Positions 16,627 through 25,438 of a DNA stretch of 61,840 bases are shown here, piece after piece (position 1 is the stretch's first letter; each line of letters opens with the position of its first letter). The stretch comes from an uncultured Myxococcales bacterium (GTDB taxonomy: Bacteria > Myxococcota_A > Polyangia > Palsa-1104 > JAEUJZ01), in assembly GCA_937868485.1 (NCBI GenBank), contig CALMML010000441.1, positions 1 through 61,840 on the forward strand, in the 5' to 3' direction. The translations under genes and the position numbers were made by a program. The notes under the pieces were generated by a model. That model did no database searches and had not been told where the DNA came from. It saw nothing but the letters and a program-made list of their open reading frames with translations.

Positions 16627-17511
16627 ATGACCGAAGAACATCAGTCAGCGCTCGAGCTTGGAACCAGTGACTACTATCGCGACGTCGAGCTATACGATCA
16701 CGACTTTCAAAGCCGACGTCACGACATTGCTTGGTATCGGCAGCTCGCGGCGGATGTGGCGTCCGTCTATCAAAAGAGTCCGCACGCCACGCAGCCAATC
16801 GTCGAGCTGGGCTGCGGTTCGGGACGTCTGCTTGTGCCGCTGTGTCGCGACAAACATCGCGTCATCGGCGTCGATCTGTCCAAAGAGATGCTCGTGCGCT
16901 GTCAGCAGCGACTCGTTCGCGTCGGTGAAAAGGTCCGTGAGCGTGCCCAGCTGGTTCGCGCCGACTTTCGACAGCTTCCCCTCGACGTGCCACCGAGCGA
17001 GCGCTTTCGCCTGATCCTCTGTCCTTTTCATGGAATGCAGCACCTCTACACCCGAGGCGATCTCGAGCGCTTTCTATCTGAAGTGCGACGCTTGCTGCAT
17101 CCCGACGGACTGTTTGCCTTTGATGTGGTGAATCCCGATCCGCTGTGGCTGGCAAAGAGCGGCGACAAGCGTCTGTCGAAGACGCGCTTTAAGCACCCTG
17201 TCACCGGCGAGCCCTTCCTCTACAGCACCTGCCACGACTACGACCCAGAGAGCCAAGTGCTGTTCATTCGTCTCTTTTATGAGCCCGATCTGGAACGCTC
17301 TCGGAAGCTCGAGCGCGATCACGGACCGCAAAAACAGCCTTCGAGCCCGCCTCGGACCATTCATTTGACCCAGAGACAGCTCTATCCAGCCGAACTAGAA
17401 GCCCTTTTGCACTACAACGGCTTCTCGGTCTGGCATCGCTCAGGAGGCTTCGACGGACAGTCATTAAGCCCCGTCAGCGCAGAGCAGGTGATCTGCGCTC
17501 GCGTGCGCTGA
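16627..17511 (+). CDS. Class I SAM-dependent methyltransferase
   Basis: IVELGCGSGR motif I, VIGVDLSKEML, ADFRQL, LHPDGLFAFD. Confidence 0.9.
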   Translation: MTEEHQSALELGTSDYYRDVELYDHDFQSRRHDIAWYRQLAADVASVYQKSPHATQPIVELGCGSGRLLVPLCRDKHRVIGVDLSKEMLVRCQQRLVRVGEKVRERAQLVRADFRQLPLDVPPSERFRLILCPFHGMQHLYTRGDLERFLSEVRRLLHPDGLFAFDVVNPDPLWLAKSGDKRLSKTRFKHPVTGEPFLYSTCHDYDPESQVLFIRLFYEPDLERSRKLERDHGPQKQPSSPPRTIHLTQRQLYPAELEALLHYNGFSVWHRSGGFDGQSLSPVSAEQVICARVR

Positions 17512-17519
17512 AGAAAACC

Positions 17520-17563
17520 CCGTCTGAATCGCCGAAAATCGCCAAATTCCGCCATTCAGACGG
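17520..17563. repeat. 10-bp inverted repeat enclosing three 10-bp-spaced CGCC units
   Basis: CCGTCTGAAT (17520-17529) / ATTCAGACGG (17554-17563); CGCC at 17530, 17540 and 17550. Confidence 0.7.
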
Positions 17564-17656
17564 AAAAACGGGTATCTCCGACGATAATTGGTTTTCCCCC
17601 GAAGAGCAGCCGGTTGCGGTCGACGAAAAAAAGTGATCCTTTCCGCACAAAACGAA

Positions 17657-17686
17657 TTGACAGCCTCGTCGGGCCTCAAATAGTGT
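17657..17686 (+). promoter_or_regulatory. Strong sigma70-like promoter
   Basis: TTGACA-18 nt-TAGTGT; SD GGAGGA before ATG 17726. Confidence 0.7.
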
Positions 17687-17725
17687 CAATTCAAACCCAA
17701 CCCCTCTGAGAGATGGAGGAAAGTA

Positions 17726-18151
17726 ATGGCCGAGAAAGTTGCGAAGCTAAACATCAAGCGTGAGAACGGTTACCTGTACTTCCTTCGGGGCACCGAAGTG
17801 TGGAAGACCCCGATGAAGCGTGCGGGTCAGGCCTCGCCGGCTGGCAAGGCTGAGAAGGTTGCCAACGGCAGCTTCAACCGTGAGGAAGGCTACCTGTACT
17901 TCCTCGATTCGCACGGTGATGTGTCGCGTGCGAAGCGCGCGGTGGGTGGTCAGAAGCGCAAGAAGACCAAGGCTGACGCCAAGAAGCCGGCCACGAAGAA
18001 GGCTGCTCCGGCTGCCAAGAAGGCCGCTCCGGCTGCCAAGAAGGCTGCTCCGGCTGCCAAGAAGGCTGCTCCGGCGCCCGCCAAGAAGGCTCCAGCGCCT
18101 GCCAAGAAGCCGGCCGCGCCCGCCAAGAAGGCGCCCGCCAAGAAGAAGTAA
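17726..18151 (+). CDS. Histone H1-like Lys/Ala/Pro-rich protein with a duplicated N-terminal domain (putative nucleoid protein)
   Basis: Two AEKVA...RE.GYLYFL units followed by a KKAAPAA repeat tail; strong promoter, SD and terminator; biased codon use suggesting high expression. Confidence 0.85.
   Translation: MAEKVAKLNIKRENGYLYFLRGTEVWKTPMKRAGQASPAGKAEKVANGSFNREEGYLYFLDSHGDVSRAKRAVGGQKRKKTKADAKKPATKKAAPAAKKAAPAAKKAAPAAKKAAPAPAKKAPAPAKKPAAPAKKAPAKKK
17996..18079 (+). repeat. 4 x 21-bp coding tandem repeat (KKAAPAA)
   Basis: AAGAAGGCYGCTCCGGCTGCC units at 17996, 18017, 18038 and 18059 (last one diverged). Confidence 0.9.
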
Positions 18152-18177
18152 CTCGTCCTAACGAAGTGGTTCCTAAA

Positions 18178-18216
18178 GGGTCGGCTGCCATCGTGCAGTC
18201 GGCCCTTTTTGTTTTT
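18178..18216 (+). terminator. Rho-independent terminator
   Basis: GGGTCGGCTGC/GCAGTCGGCCC stem (with G-U pairs) followed by TTTTTGTTTTT. Confidence 0.85.
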
Positions 18217-18264
18217 GGAGCGATTCGTTCCCAGCAGCCGAACGAACACACAGCGCGACAAGCG

Positions 18265-18657
18265 CTACGCGGGCTGCTTCGGTGCAACTTTTCCCGTCGT
18301 CGCATTCGACAAGCTGCGCGCCGGTGCAGCATCCTGACGAGAGCTGACTTGCTTGGCGGATCGAGCAACAGGCTCACCGACGAAGCCCGGGTCCCCTTCG
18401 TACGCGGCTTCGCCAATCACCAGCGAGTTCAAAAACACCTCGCCACCAAGCTGCGCAATCTGGTTCCTCGTCTTGACGCGACCGCGCAGACCCAGCGAGT
18501 CACCCCCGTCAGACACCGCGCGCTCGACGTAGAACGCTTCGGTCAGACGGAACATGCGACCCAGCTCGGGCAGCGTCATCTGGTTGCCCTCGATTTGGAT
18601 GCGACCTTCTTCAGTCCACTGCTGCACACGCTTCTGGGAAACAAAGATCCGAGGCAC
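18265..18657 (-). CDS. Hypothetical protein (130 aa), myxobacterial type
   Basis: GTG start with SD AGGAG and a perfect TATAAT (18686-18681) upstream; globular composition. Confidence 0.8.
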   Translation of the reverse strand: MPRIFVSQKRVQQWTEEGRIQIEGNQMTLPELGRMFRLTEAFYVERAVSDGGDSLGLRGRVKTRNQIAQLGGEVFLNSLVIGEAAYEGDPGFVGEPVARSAKQVSSRQDAAPARSLSNATTGKVAPKQPA

Positions 18658-18681
18658 GACGACTCCTAGCAGTACTGCCGA

Positions 18682-21222
18682 TTATACATGAACCTTCTCG
18701 CGATCTTTCCGCGCGCCGAAGTACAGCAGCAAAAGCCAGCCCAAACAGCCAAGCAGCGACAGCATCACACCCAGACGAAGCCCGCGATCGCGATAGTGCA
18801 GCTCGATGCGATGCGTTCCCGGTGACAGCGCCACGCCGCGCAGTGCCAGGTTGACCGGATAGAGCGGCTGAGGTTGTCCGTCGACGTGTACGCTCCAGTC
18901 GGGATGATAGGAATCGGCCAGCACCAGCACACCCGGCGCCAGCGCCTCGGCGGACAGGACGATGCGATGTCGGTGATACTCGACGATCTGCGCCGATGAG
19001 TGCGCGCGTCCCTGGTTTTCGACGATCGGCGGCTGCGTGCCCAGCGAAGGCTTGCTCGGCTGTCCGAGGATGATCTCTCGGTGCGGATCAAAGTCTGACT
19101 TGGCCACCAATACCGCTTCGTCGGCCTGCGTCTTGGCCAGCTTCGCCTGATACGCGACAAACGCGCGCGGCATCACCTTCGTGTTTTCAAACACCGATAG
19201 CTGCGAATCCCAGTACGCCTCGAAGCGAGCGCTCGGCGGCTGACCTGAATCGGGACGGAAACGCTGCATCCAGTGCGGCCCCGGCGACGTAGTTCCAATC
19301 AGATAGCGCACATTGAGCATGTCGACGATCGGCGAATCGAGCCGCCACAGCATCGCCGCCGCCAGGTCTTCTTTCAGTCGCTGATGCGGATAGACCGTGC
19401 CGTGGTTGAGGATGTACAGCAGGTGCGAATAGCGCCAGAGCTGAATCGAGCCATAGCCGCTCGCGCTGGGCCGACCGATGGTTTCTCCGACGGCGAGCAA
19501 GCGAAACGGTCCACGCGGATCCGACACAAAGCGATCGTAGAGCGGCGGCGAGTCTTTGGGCAGCTCCGCCGGAGTCTGCCGATCGAGCAGCCACTGTACC
19601 GCCGCAAAGCGCTCGGTTCCGTAGGCATAATCGATCGGCTGCGGATGCAGATAGCCTCGGTCGATGGGCAGCTGATCCGCGATCGTCACAAGCGACAGCA
19701 GCACAAGCGGCATCGCGCCCGTCAGCCCGCCAAGCAGACGCACCGCCAGCAGCGCTGCGACGAGCGTCACCGGCAGCGTCGCGTGTGCTTTGGCCAACAG
19801 CGCAAGCTGCTTCGCCAGCGGTGCCACCGTCGCCAGCTTCACAAGCTGTCCGCGATACAGCACGCCAGCGACGATGATCGCGACAACAGCCAGTCCACCG
19901 AGGAGCATCCGTCGCAGCGTCTGTTTGTGCGAGCCCGCGAGCAGCAGCTCGGCCCCAACGCTGCCCAGGATTGGCACCGTGATCACCAAAATCGACAGCG
20001 ATCGCGACGGACAGCGCAGCGCGGCATACAGCGGAAAGTAGCGAAACAGCAAAGGATGCAGCGGTCCACCGTCGCCGAGCGCAATCACCAGCGCCGCAAA
20101 CGACAGAAGAAGCAGCAGCGGTCGCTCCAGACCTTGGACGTGCGAGCGCACACCATCCGCGCCGGTTTCATCGCTGGATTCGACCGGTTTCCGTCGCCAC
20201 ACCGCCAGGATCGAACCCGGAATCGCCAGCATCAGCGCCGCGACGCCTTGGTAATAGCCCGCGATCTCCCAGTGATTCCACTTGCCGACCCACGGCTCGC
20301 CACGCCATTCCCCGCGACCGAACAGATCGGGCATCACCAGCGTCTGCCAGTACTTCCACGCCGGCCAGGCATACGTCGACGCGAAGTAATAGTCCGTCCC
20401 AAGCGCGCGTCCCGTCAGTGGCATCTGAAGCAGCGTCGGAAACAGCGCAATCGCCCCGAGCAGCGCTCCCACCGTCGCAGCCATCGCCAACGAGCCCGTC
20501 TGAATCAGCAAATACCGGAGCCTCTGTCCAGGCGGCCTTTGCCAGGCAAAGGTCAGCAGCCTTCCGACGGCATACACGATCACGGGAAACAGCAAAAAGT
20601 GCAGCAGCGAGTGCGCGCCCGCCAGCAGCAGCAGCCCCGAACACAGCGCCGCGGCGGCCAAGCTCTTGCGCTTTCCCGTCTGAAGAAAGTATTCGATCGA
20701 CCACAGCAGCCACGGCAGCCACGCCACCGCTTGCACGAAGATGATGTGACGGATTCGCACCACCTGAAACGACGACAGCGCAAACGCCAGTGCACCGAAC
20801 AGCGCAGCCGACCAGGACACACGCCGTCGCAGCAGCCACAGCATCCCGAGCCCACCGATCCACATGTGCAGCGCCGCCGACAGCCCGAGTCCCGCCGGTA
20901 CGCCAGCCGAAATTCCCGACGGAGGCTCTCCGCTTCGCTGACCAAAATAGAACACCGCGTTGGGCGGATAGAAGTAGCCGTAATACGGGTCCGCGACGAG
21001 CGGCCAGCCCGACATCGTTGTGTTTTCCCACGACGGCAGGGTTCGCTCGGTCAGCGCTCGCTTGAACGCCACACGCGCCGGATAGTAGTTATCCGCCGCG
21101 TCGTCCATGTGATAGATCGCGCCGCCGAAGAGAACCTCGCGATGCAGCACGCAGGTGCAGATCGTCAACAGCAGCACCGAAAACAGCAGGGTGTAAATCG
21201 CCGAAGGTCGCCGAGAGCTCAT
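18682..21222 (-). CDS. YfhO-family (GT-C) polytopic membrane glycosyltransferase
   Basis: LPSW....MSGWPLVADPYYGYFYPPN, many TM segments, C-terminal GVLVLADSYHPDWSVHVDG...PVNLALRGVALSPGTHRIELHY; start at MSSRRP chosen. Confidence 0.85.
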   Translation of the reverse strand: MSSRRPSAIYTLLFSVLLLTICTCVLHREVLFGGAIYHMDDAADNYYPARVAFKRALTERTLPSWENTTMSGWPLVADPYYGYFYPPNAVFYFGQRSGEPPSGISAGVPAGLGLSAALHMWIGGLGMLWLLRRRVSWSAALFGALAFALSSFQVVRIRHIIFVQAVAWLPWLLWSIEYFLQTGKRKSLAAAALCSGLLLLAGAHSLLHFLLFPVIVYAVGRLLTFAWQRPPGQRLRYLLIQTGSLAMAATVGALLGAIALFPTLLQMPLTGRALGTDYYFASTYAWPAWKYWQTLVMPDLFGRGEWRGEPWVGKWNHWEIAGYYQGVAALMLAIPGSILAVWRRKPVESSDETGADGVRSHVQGLERPLLLLLSFAALVIALGDGGPLHPLLFRYFPLYAALRCPSRSLSILVITVPILGSVGAELLLAGSHKQTLRRMLLGGLAVVAIIVAGVLYRGQLVKLATVAPLAKQLALLAKAHATLPVTLVAALLAVRLLGGLTGAMPLVLLSLVTIADQLPIDRGYLHPQPIDYAYGTERFAAVQWLLDRQTPAELPKDSPPLYDRFVSDPRGPFRLLAVGETIGRPSASGYGSIQLWRYSHLLYILNHGTVYPHQRLKEDLAAAMLWRLDSPIVDMLNVRYLIGTTSPGPHWMQRFRPDSGQPPSARFEAYWDSQLSVFENTKVMPRAFVAYQAKLAKTQADEAVLVAKSDFDPHREIILGQPSKPSLGTQPPIVENQGRAHSSAQIVEYHRHRIVLSAEALAPGVLVLADSYHPDWSVHVDGQPQPLYPVNLALRGVALSPGTHRIELHYRDRGLRLGVMLSLLGCLGWLLLLYFGARKDREKVHV

Positions 21223-21305
21223 AAGCGGTCGGCATCTTAGCGACAAATGGGACGGTTTTTTGTCGCTTGCATCACTTGCGCGGTCGCATGCATGCTCTGT
21301 CCCGC

Positions 21306-21791
21306 ATGGCCGACAAGTACCCAATGACCAAGAAGGGTCTTACGACGCTGAAGGACGAGCTCAAGCACCGCAAAGAGGTCGAGCGGTTCAAGATCGTAAG
21401 AGCCATTGAAGAAGCCCGCGCACACGGCGATCTGTCCGAAAATGCCGAGTACAGCGCGGCCAAGGAAGCCCAGTCACACAACGAAGGTCGCATCAGCAAG
21501 CTGGAAGAGCTTGTTGCTCTCGCTGATGTCATCGATCCTTCGACGCTGTCCGGTAACAAAGTGGTGTTTGGTGCAACAGTCACCGTCGAAGACACCGACT
21601 CTGGAGAGCGCCAAACCTTCGCGATCGTCGGGGAGCACGAGGGCGACATCAAGGCTGGCAAGATGAGCCTGACCTCGCCGCTCGCCCGGGCAATGATCGG
21701 TCACCGCGCCGGAGAAACCGTCCAAGTCAAGACGCCGCGCGGCAACCGTGAATACGAGATCGTGACCGTGAAGTTCCTCGCGATCGAATAG
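21306..21791 (+). CDS. greA: Transcription elongation factor GreA
   Basis: EARAHGDLSENAEYSAAKE, V.FGATVTVED, SLTSPLARAMIG. Confidence 0.97.
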   Translation: MADKYPMTKKGLTTLKDELKHRKEVERFKIVRAIEEARAHGDLSENAEYSAAKEAQSHNEGRISKLEELVALADVIDPSTLSGNKVVFGATVTVEDTDSGERQTFAIVGEHEGDIKAGKMSLTSPLARAMIGHRAGETVQVKTPRGNREYEIVTVKFLAIE

Positions 21792-21805
21792 CCGCAGCTG
21801 GCTAC

Positions 21806-21949
21806 ATGAATCCCTTACGCGCGCCGAAGTCCGTCGCCACAGCGCTCCTGGCCGATCTTGGAATGGGCCTGGGCATCGCGATCGTGATCGTGATCTTGCT
21901 GCTGTGTTCGGGCGCGGAAGATCAGGGCTTCATTTACGTTGACTTTTGA
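21806..21949 (+). CDS. DltX-like single-pass microprotein (47 aa), not in the ORF track
   Basis: MNPLRAPKSVATALLADLGMGLGIAIVIVILLLCSGAEDQGFIYVDF*; one TM helix and a C-terminal FIYxxF motif; starts 14 nt after the greA stop. Confidence 0.65.
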   Translation: MNPLRAPKSVATALLADLGMGLGIAIVIVILLLCSGAEDQGFIYVDF

Positions 21950-22006
21950 GCGACTTCTGGCACAAAAACAGCCTTCATTCTCGACGAGAACTAGTTAGGA
22001 GAGTCC

Positions 22007-23176
22007 ATGTCTAGCTTCATCTTTACCTCGGAGTCAGTCACCGAGGGACATCCCGACAAGCTGTGCGATCAGGTCTCTGATGCGGTGCTCGACGCGGCAC
22101 TGGCGCAAGACCGGACTTCGCGTGTTGCTTGTGAGACGCTGACCAAGACCGGCTTCGTGCTGCTCGCGGGTGAGATCACCACCAAAGCGGTCCTCGACTT
22201 TCCGACGATCGTCCGCAACACCGTCAAGGAGATCGGCTACTCCGACTCCGACATGGGCTTCGACTACAAGACCTGCGGCGTCATGGTTGCCGTCGAGCAG
22301 CAGTCACCTGACATCGCGCTCGGCGTCGATGGACACGGCGTCTACAATCCCGAAGAGCAAGGCGCTGGCGACCAAGGCATGATGTTCGGCTTCGCGTGCG
22401 ACGACACCGAAGAGCTGATGCCGATGCCGATCTCGCTGTCGCACAAGCTGTCGCGTCGTCTCGCGGCGGTTCGCAAAGATGGCACCCTGCCCTTCCTTCG
22501 TCCCGACGGAAAATCGCAGGTCTCGGTGCGCTACGAAAACAATCGTCCCGTCGCTGTTGAGACAGTGGTTGTGTCGAGCCAGCACTCGCCGGACGTTGCG
22601 CACAAGACGCTGACCGACGCGATCATCGAAGAAGTGGTGCGCAAGGAAATCCCGTCGCACCTGTTCGACAAAAACACGCGCTTTCTGATCAATCCGACCG
22701 GACGCTTCGTCGTCGGTGGTCCGATGGGCGACTCGGGTCTGACGGGTCGCAAGATCATCGTCGACACCTACGGCGGCTGGGGACGTCACGGCGGCGGCGC
22801 GTTTTCGGGCAAAGATCCGAGCAAGGTCGATCGCTCGGCTTGCTACTACGCGCGCTACATCGCCAAGAACATCGTCGCTGCGGGCCTGGCCAATCGCTGC
22901 GAAGTCCAGGTTGCCTACGCAATCGGCGTCGCGGCTCCGGTCAGCATCCACGTCACCACCTTCGGCACGGGCAAAGTCTCCGACGACTCGCTGGAAAAGC
23001 TGGTCCGCGCGCACTTCGACTGCCGTCCGGCGGCGCTGATCCGTGAGCTGGACCTGCTTCGTCCGATCTACAAGCCGACGGCTGCGTACGGTCACTTTGG
23101 CCGCACCGAGTCGACGTTCTCGTGGGAAAAGACCGACAAGGCTGCCGCGCTCAAGGAATCCGCCAAGTCCGTCTAG
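22007..23176 (+). CDS. metK: S-adenosylmethionine synthetase
   Basis: [58 protein letters not shown]; SD AGGAG. Confidence 0.99.
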   Translation: MSSFIFTSESVTEGHPDKLCDQVSDAVLDAALAQDRTSRVACETLTKTGFVLLAGEITTKAVLDFPTIVRNTVKEIGYSDSDMGFDYKTCGVMVAVEQQSPDIALGVDGHGVYNPEEQGAGDQGMMFGFACDDTEELMPMPISLSHKLSRRLAAVRKDGTLPFLRPDGKSQVSVRYENNRPVAVETVVVSSQHSPDVAHKTLTDAIIEEVVRKEIPSHLFDKNTRFLINPTGRFVVGGPMGDSGLTGRKIIVDTYGGWGRHGGGAFSGKDPSKVDRSACYYARYIAKNIVAAGLANRCEVQVAYAIGVAAPVSIHVTTFGTGKVSDDSLEKLVRAHFDCRPAALIRELDLLRPIYKPTAAYGHFGRTESTFSWEKTDKAAALKESAKSV

Positions 23177-23183
23177 CCCGCTT

Positions 23184-23209
23184 CGCTCCGTCTTGGCTTC
23201 GACGGAGCG
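23184..23209. terminator. Hairpin between convergent metK and the TetR gene
   Basis: CGCTCCGTC/GACGGAGCG 9-bp stem, 8-nt loop, pyrimidine run downstream. Confidence 0.55.
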
Positions 23210-23243
23210 CATCCTTCTTCCCCGCTTTCTCGTCGCTCGCTCG

Positions 23244-23951
23244 TCACTTTTGCGCAATTCCGCGCAGCAGCACATCCATCAGCTCCCGAAAGCTCGGATC
23301 TTTTTCCGTCGGTAGCGCCATCATTCCCGACGCCCAGCCGAGCAGCCGCATAAAGTGACACGCGAACACGCTGCTCGCTGCCGTCTGAAGCGGCAGATCG
23401 GCGCGTACATCACCGCGAGCCTGACCGTCGCGAAGCAGCGCCGAAAGCCGTGACATAAACGCAAAAGTGAGCGCGTTCACTCGATCTGCATTCGGACCCC
23501 GCGCGCCCGGCAGCGTGGCAATGAACGCCATCGCCAGCGCCGGTGGCTGCTCTGCGTACATTCGATACAGCACACAGAACAGGTGGATCAGCTGATCGAT
23601 GAGCGGAGCCTTCGTCGGCAGCGTCGCAAAGGCTCGGTCCGTCGCATCCGCCAAGCGATCGTGCATCACCAAAAACAGCAGATCGACCTTGTCGGTGGCG
23701 TACAGAAACAGCGTGCCACTCGCCACGCCCGCCCGCGTCGCCACCTGCCGCGTCGTCGTGCTGTCAAAGCCTTGGCTGATGAACAGCTCCCAAGCCGCTT
23801 GACGAATGCGATCGCGCTTTTCCAGCTTGTTGCGCTCTCGTCGGCTGCGCTCTTCGGGATCCGCATCCTGCGCGACCTGCGCTGGGCTGACGACACGCTT
23901 GCGATGACCCGACTGCGAGCGTGTACTGTTGGACTTGTTGTTCTTGGTCAT
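23244..23951 (-). CDS. TetR/AcrR-family transcriptional regulator
   Basis: RIRQAAWELFISQGFDSTTTRQVATRAGVASGTLFLYATDKVDLL HTH; start at MTKNN chosen. Confidence 0.93.
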   Translation of the reverse strand: MTKNNKSNSTRSQSGHRKRVVSPAQVAQDADPEERSRRERNKLEKRDRIRQAAWELFISQGFDSTTTRQVATRAGVASGTLFLYATDKVDLLFLVMHDRLADATDRAFATLPTKAPLIDQLIHLFCVLYRMYAEQPPALAMAFIATLPGARGPNADRVNALTFAFMSRLSALLRDGQARGDVRADLPLQTAASSVFACHFMRLLGWASGMMALPTEKDPSFRELMDVLLRGIAQK

Positions 23952-24022
23952 TTTTGTGCGGAGTGTGGGCTGCTTCTTCTGAAGCTGTAGCGACTCATTT
24001 GACAGGATGCAAGCTTCGCGGT

Positions 24023-24046
24023 AAAAAATGAGCATGCTCATTTTTT
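24023..24046. promoter_or_regulatory. Perfect 24-bp palindrome, probable TetR operator
   Basis: AAAAAATGAGCATGCTCATTTTTT between the divergent TetR and Coq4-motif genes. Confidence 0.8.
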
Positions 24047-24069
24047 GAGTTACCAAGGAGAGAGCAGCC

Positions 24070-24690
24070 ATGACCGTGATTCACTACGACCCTTCACTGA
24101 CGATGCGCGAGGCTCGGGCCGAATACTTCGCCGCCAATCACTTCGGCGCGGACGGTGGCTATAACGATCCGTGGGTGGACTTCAAGATCGGGCCGGTGCC
24201 GCTGCCGTTTCCCAACAGTGCGTCGAGGGTGCGCGCGCTGCGCTTCCACGACATGCACCACATCCTGACCGGCTACGACACCACGTTCATCGGAGAGCTG
24301 GAGATCGGCGCGTGGGAGCTGGCCGCTGGCTGTCACAACGAGCCGTTCGCTTGGTTTATCAACCTGTCGGCGATGGGCGCGTTTTTGGCGTCGCCGCGTC
24401 GGATCTTTCGCGCCTTTGTCCGCGGCCTGCGCAGTCAGTCGCTGTACGGTCAAGATGCCGAGTCGCTCTTGTCGATGCAGGTTCGCGACGTGCGGACCAA
24501 GCTCAGCGTGCCGAGCGGCGAAGTCACGTCTGTGAAAATAAGTGAGCTTGCTCAGTTTTGCATCGCAGTCGGCGTGGGCTTTGTGGTCGGTCTGGCTGCG
24601 CTCGCGGTCTTTCTGCCGCTTTCACCGATCGGCATCGTGGTGCTGAACCTGCGTCGTCGGGCGGCCAGCAAGGACGCGCTCGCTACCTAG
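24070..24690 (+). CDS. Coq4-like metal-binding membrane protein
   Basis: HDMHH-ILTGYDTTFIG-E equals HDxxH-x11-E; C-terminal TM helices; SD AAGGAG. Confidence 0.7.
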   Translation: MTVIHYDPSLTMREARAEYFAANHFGADGGYNDPWVDFKIGPVPLPFPNSASRVRALRFHDMHHILTGYDTTFIGELEIGAWELAAGCHNEPFAWFINLSAMGAFLASPRRIFRAFVRGLRSQSLYGQDAESLLSMQVRDVRTKLSVPSGEVTSVKISELAQFCIAVGVGFVVGLAALAVFLPLSPIGIVVLNLRRRAASKDALAT

Positions 24691-24801
24691 TCGCTCGTCC
24701 GTCGGAATCGATGCCCCGACAAGGCAAAAAACTTTTGCTAGAGTGCCTGCCTCGCGGCGCCGCACAAGCCGCAAGTCATTCGCAAAGAGGCAGATCGATC
24801 C

Positions 24802-25425
24802 ATGGCGCGCATTGTCACGCATGCAGAAGTAGCCCAAGTTCCCGACGGTGGTGAGCTGTTCATCGAACCCGGTGCAGAGCTTACCCCGCTGGCCAAAGAG
24901 CGCGCGACGGCGCGAAAAATTCGGGTGTCCGTTGGCTCACCCAGCGTCGGAAGCGACACGCTCCAGGTTGCGGCGCGCGTCGCAGAACAGATCCTGGTTC
25001 GTCTGGGCAAGACCGATGAATCGGTGGTCGAAAAGGTGGCGAGCGAGGTGATGGCCGCGCTCGGTAGCACGACGGTGACAGAGACTGCGCCGGGCTTGCC
25101 GCCGAGTGCCGACTACTGCTCGACGTATCTGGAGTCGGAGCGCAGCCGCGCGCGTCGCAAGGTCGTGATCACCGCGACGGGACGCAACCAAAAAGGCGTG
25201 GTCGCCAAGCTGACCGCGATCTTGGCGGAGCTGGGCGGTGACATCCTCGATATCTCGCAGACGCTCGTCGGAGACTATTTCACGATGCTGGTCATCGTCG
25301 ACATTGCCGAGATGCAGGTGGACTTTGCGCAGCTCAAGACCGCGCTCCAGCAGGCCTCTGCGTCGATGGGCTTTCACGTCATGCTGATGCACGAAGACCT
25401 CGTGCGATCGCTGCACCGCGTCTGA
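24802..25425 (+). CDS. ACT-domain protein (UPF0237 type) with an N-terminal extension of about 115 aa
   Basis: C-terminal [32 protein letters not shown]...YFTM...[12 protein letters not shown]; extended -10 TGCTAGAGT at 24736-24744. Confidence 0.88.
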   Translation: MARIVTHAEVAQVPDGGELFIEPGAELTPLAKERATARKIRVSVGSPSVGSDTLQVAARVAEQILVRLGKTDESVVEKVASEVMAALGSTTVTETAPGLPPSADYCSTYLESERSRARRKVVITATGRNQKGVVAKLTAILAELGGDILDISQTLVGDYFTMLVIVDIAEMQVDFAQLKTALQQASASMGFHVMLMHEDLVRSLHRV

Positions 25426-25438
25426 CGGGAGAATCGAC

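Noticed and set aside
21958-21972. Possible sigma54 promoter TGGCAC-N5-CAGC upstream of metK
   Set aside because: GG-N10-GC spacing is right but the -12 element lacks TTGC; too weak without data. No SAM riboswitch was recognised either.
17520-23389. Neisseria DNA-uptake-sequence-like CCGTCTGAA copies (17520 IR; near 20498 and 20677; 23380)
   Set aside because: Only a handful in 62 kb, mostly explained by CAG-ACG-G codons on the minus strand; true uptake sequences are far denser.
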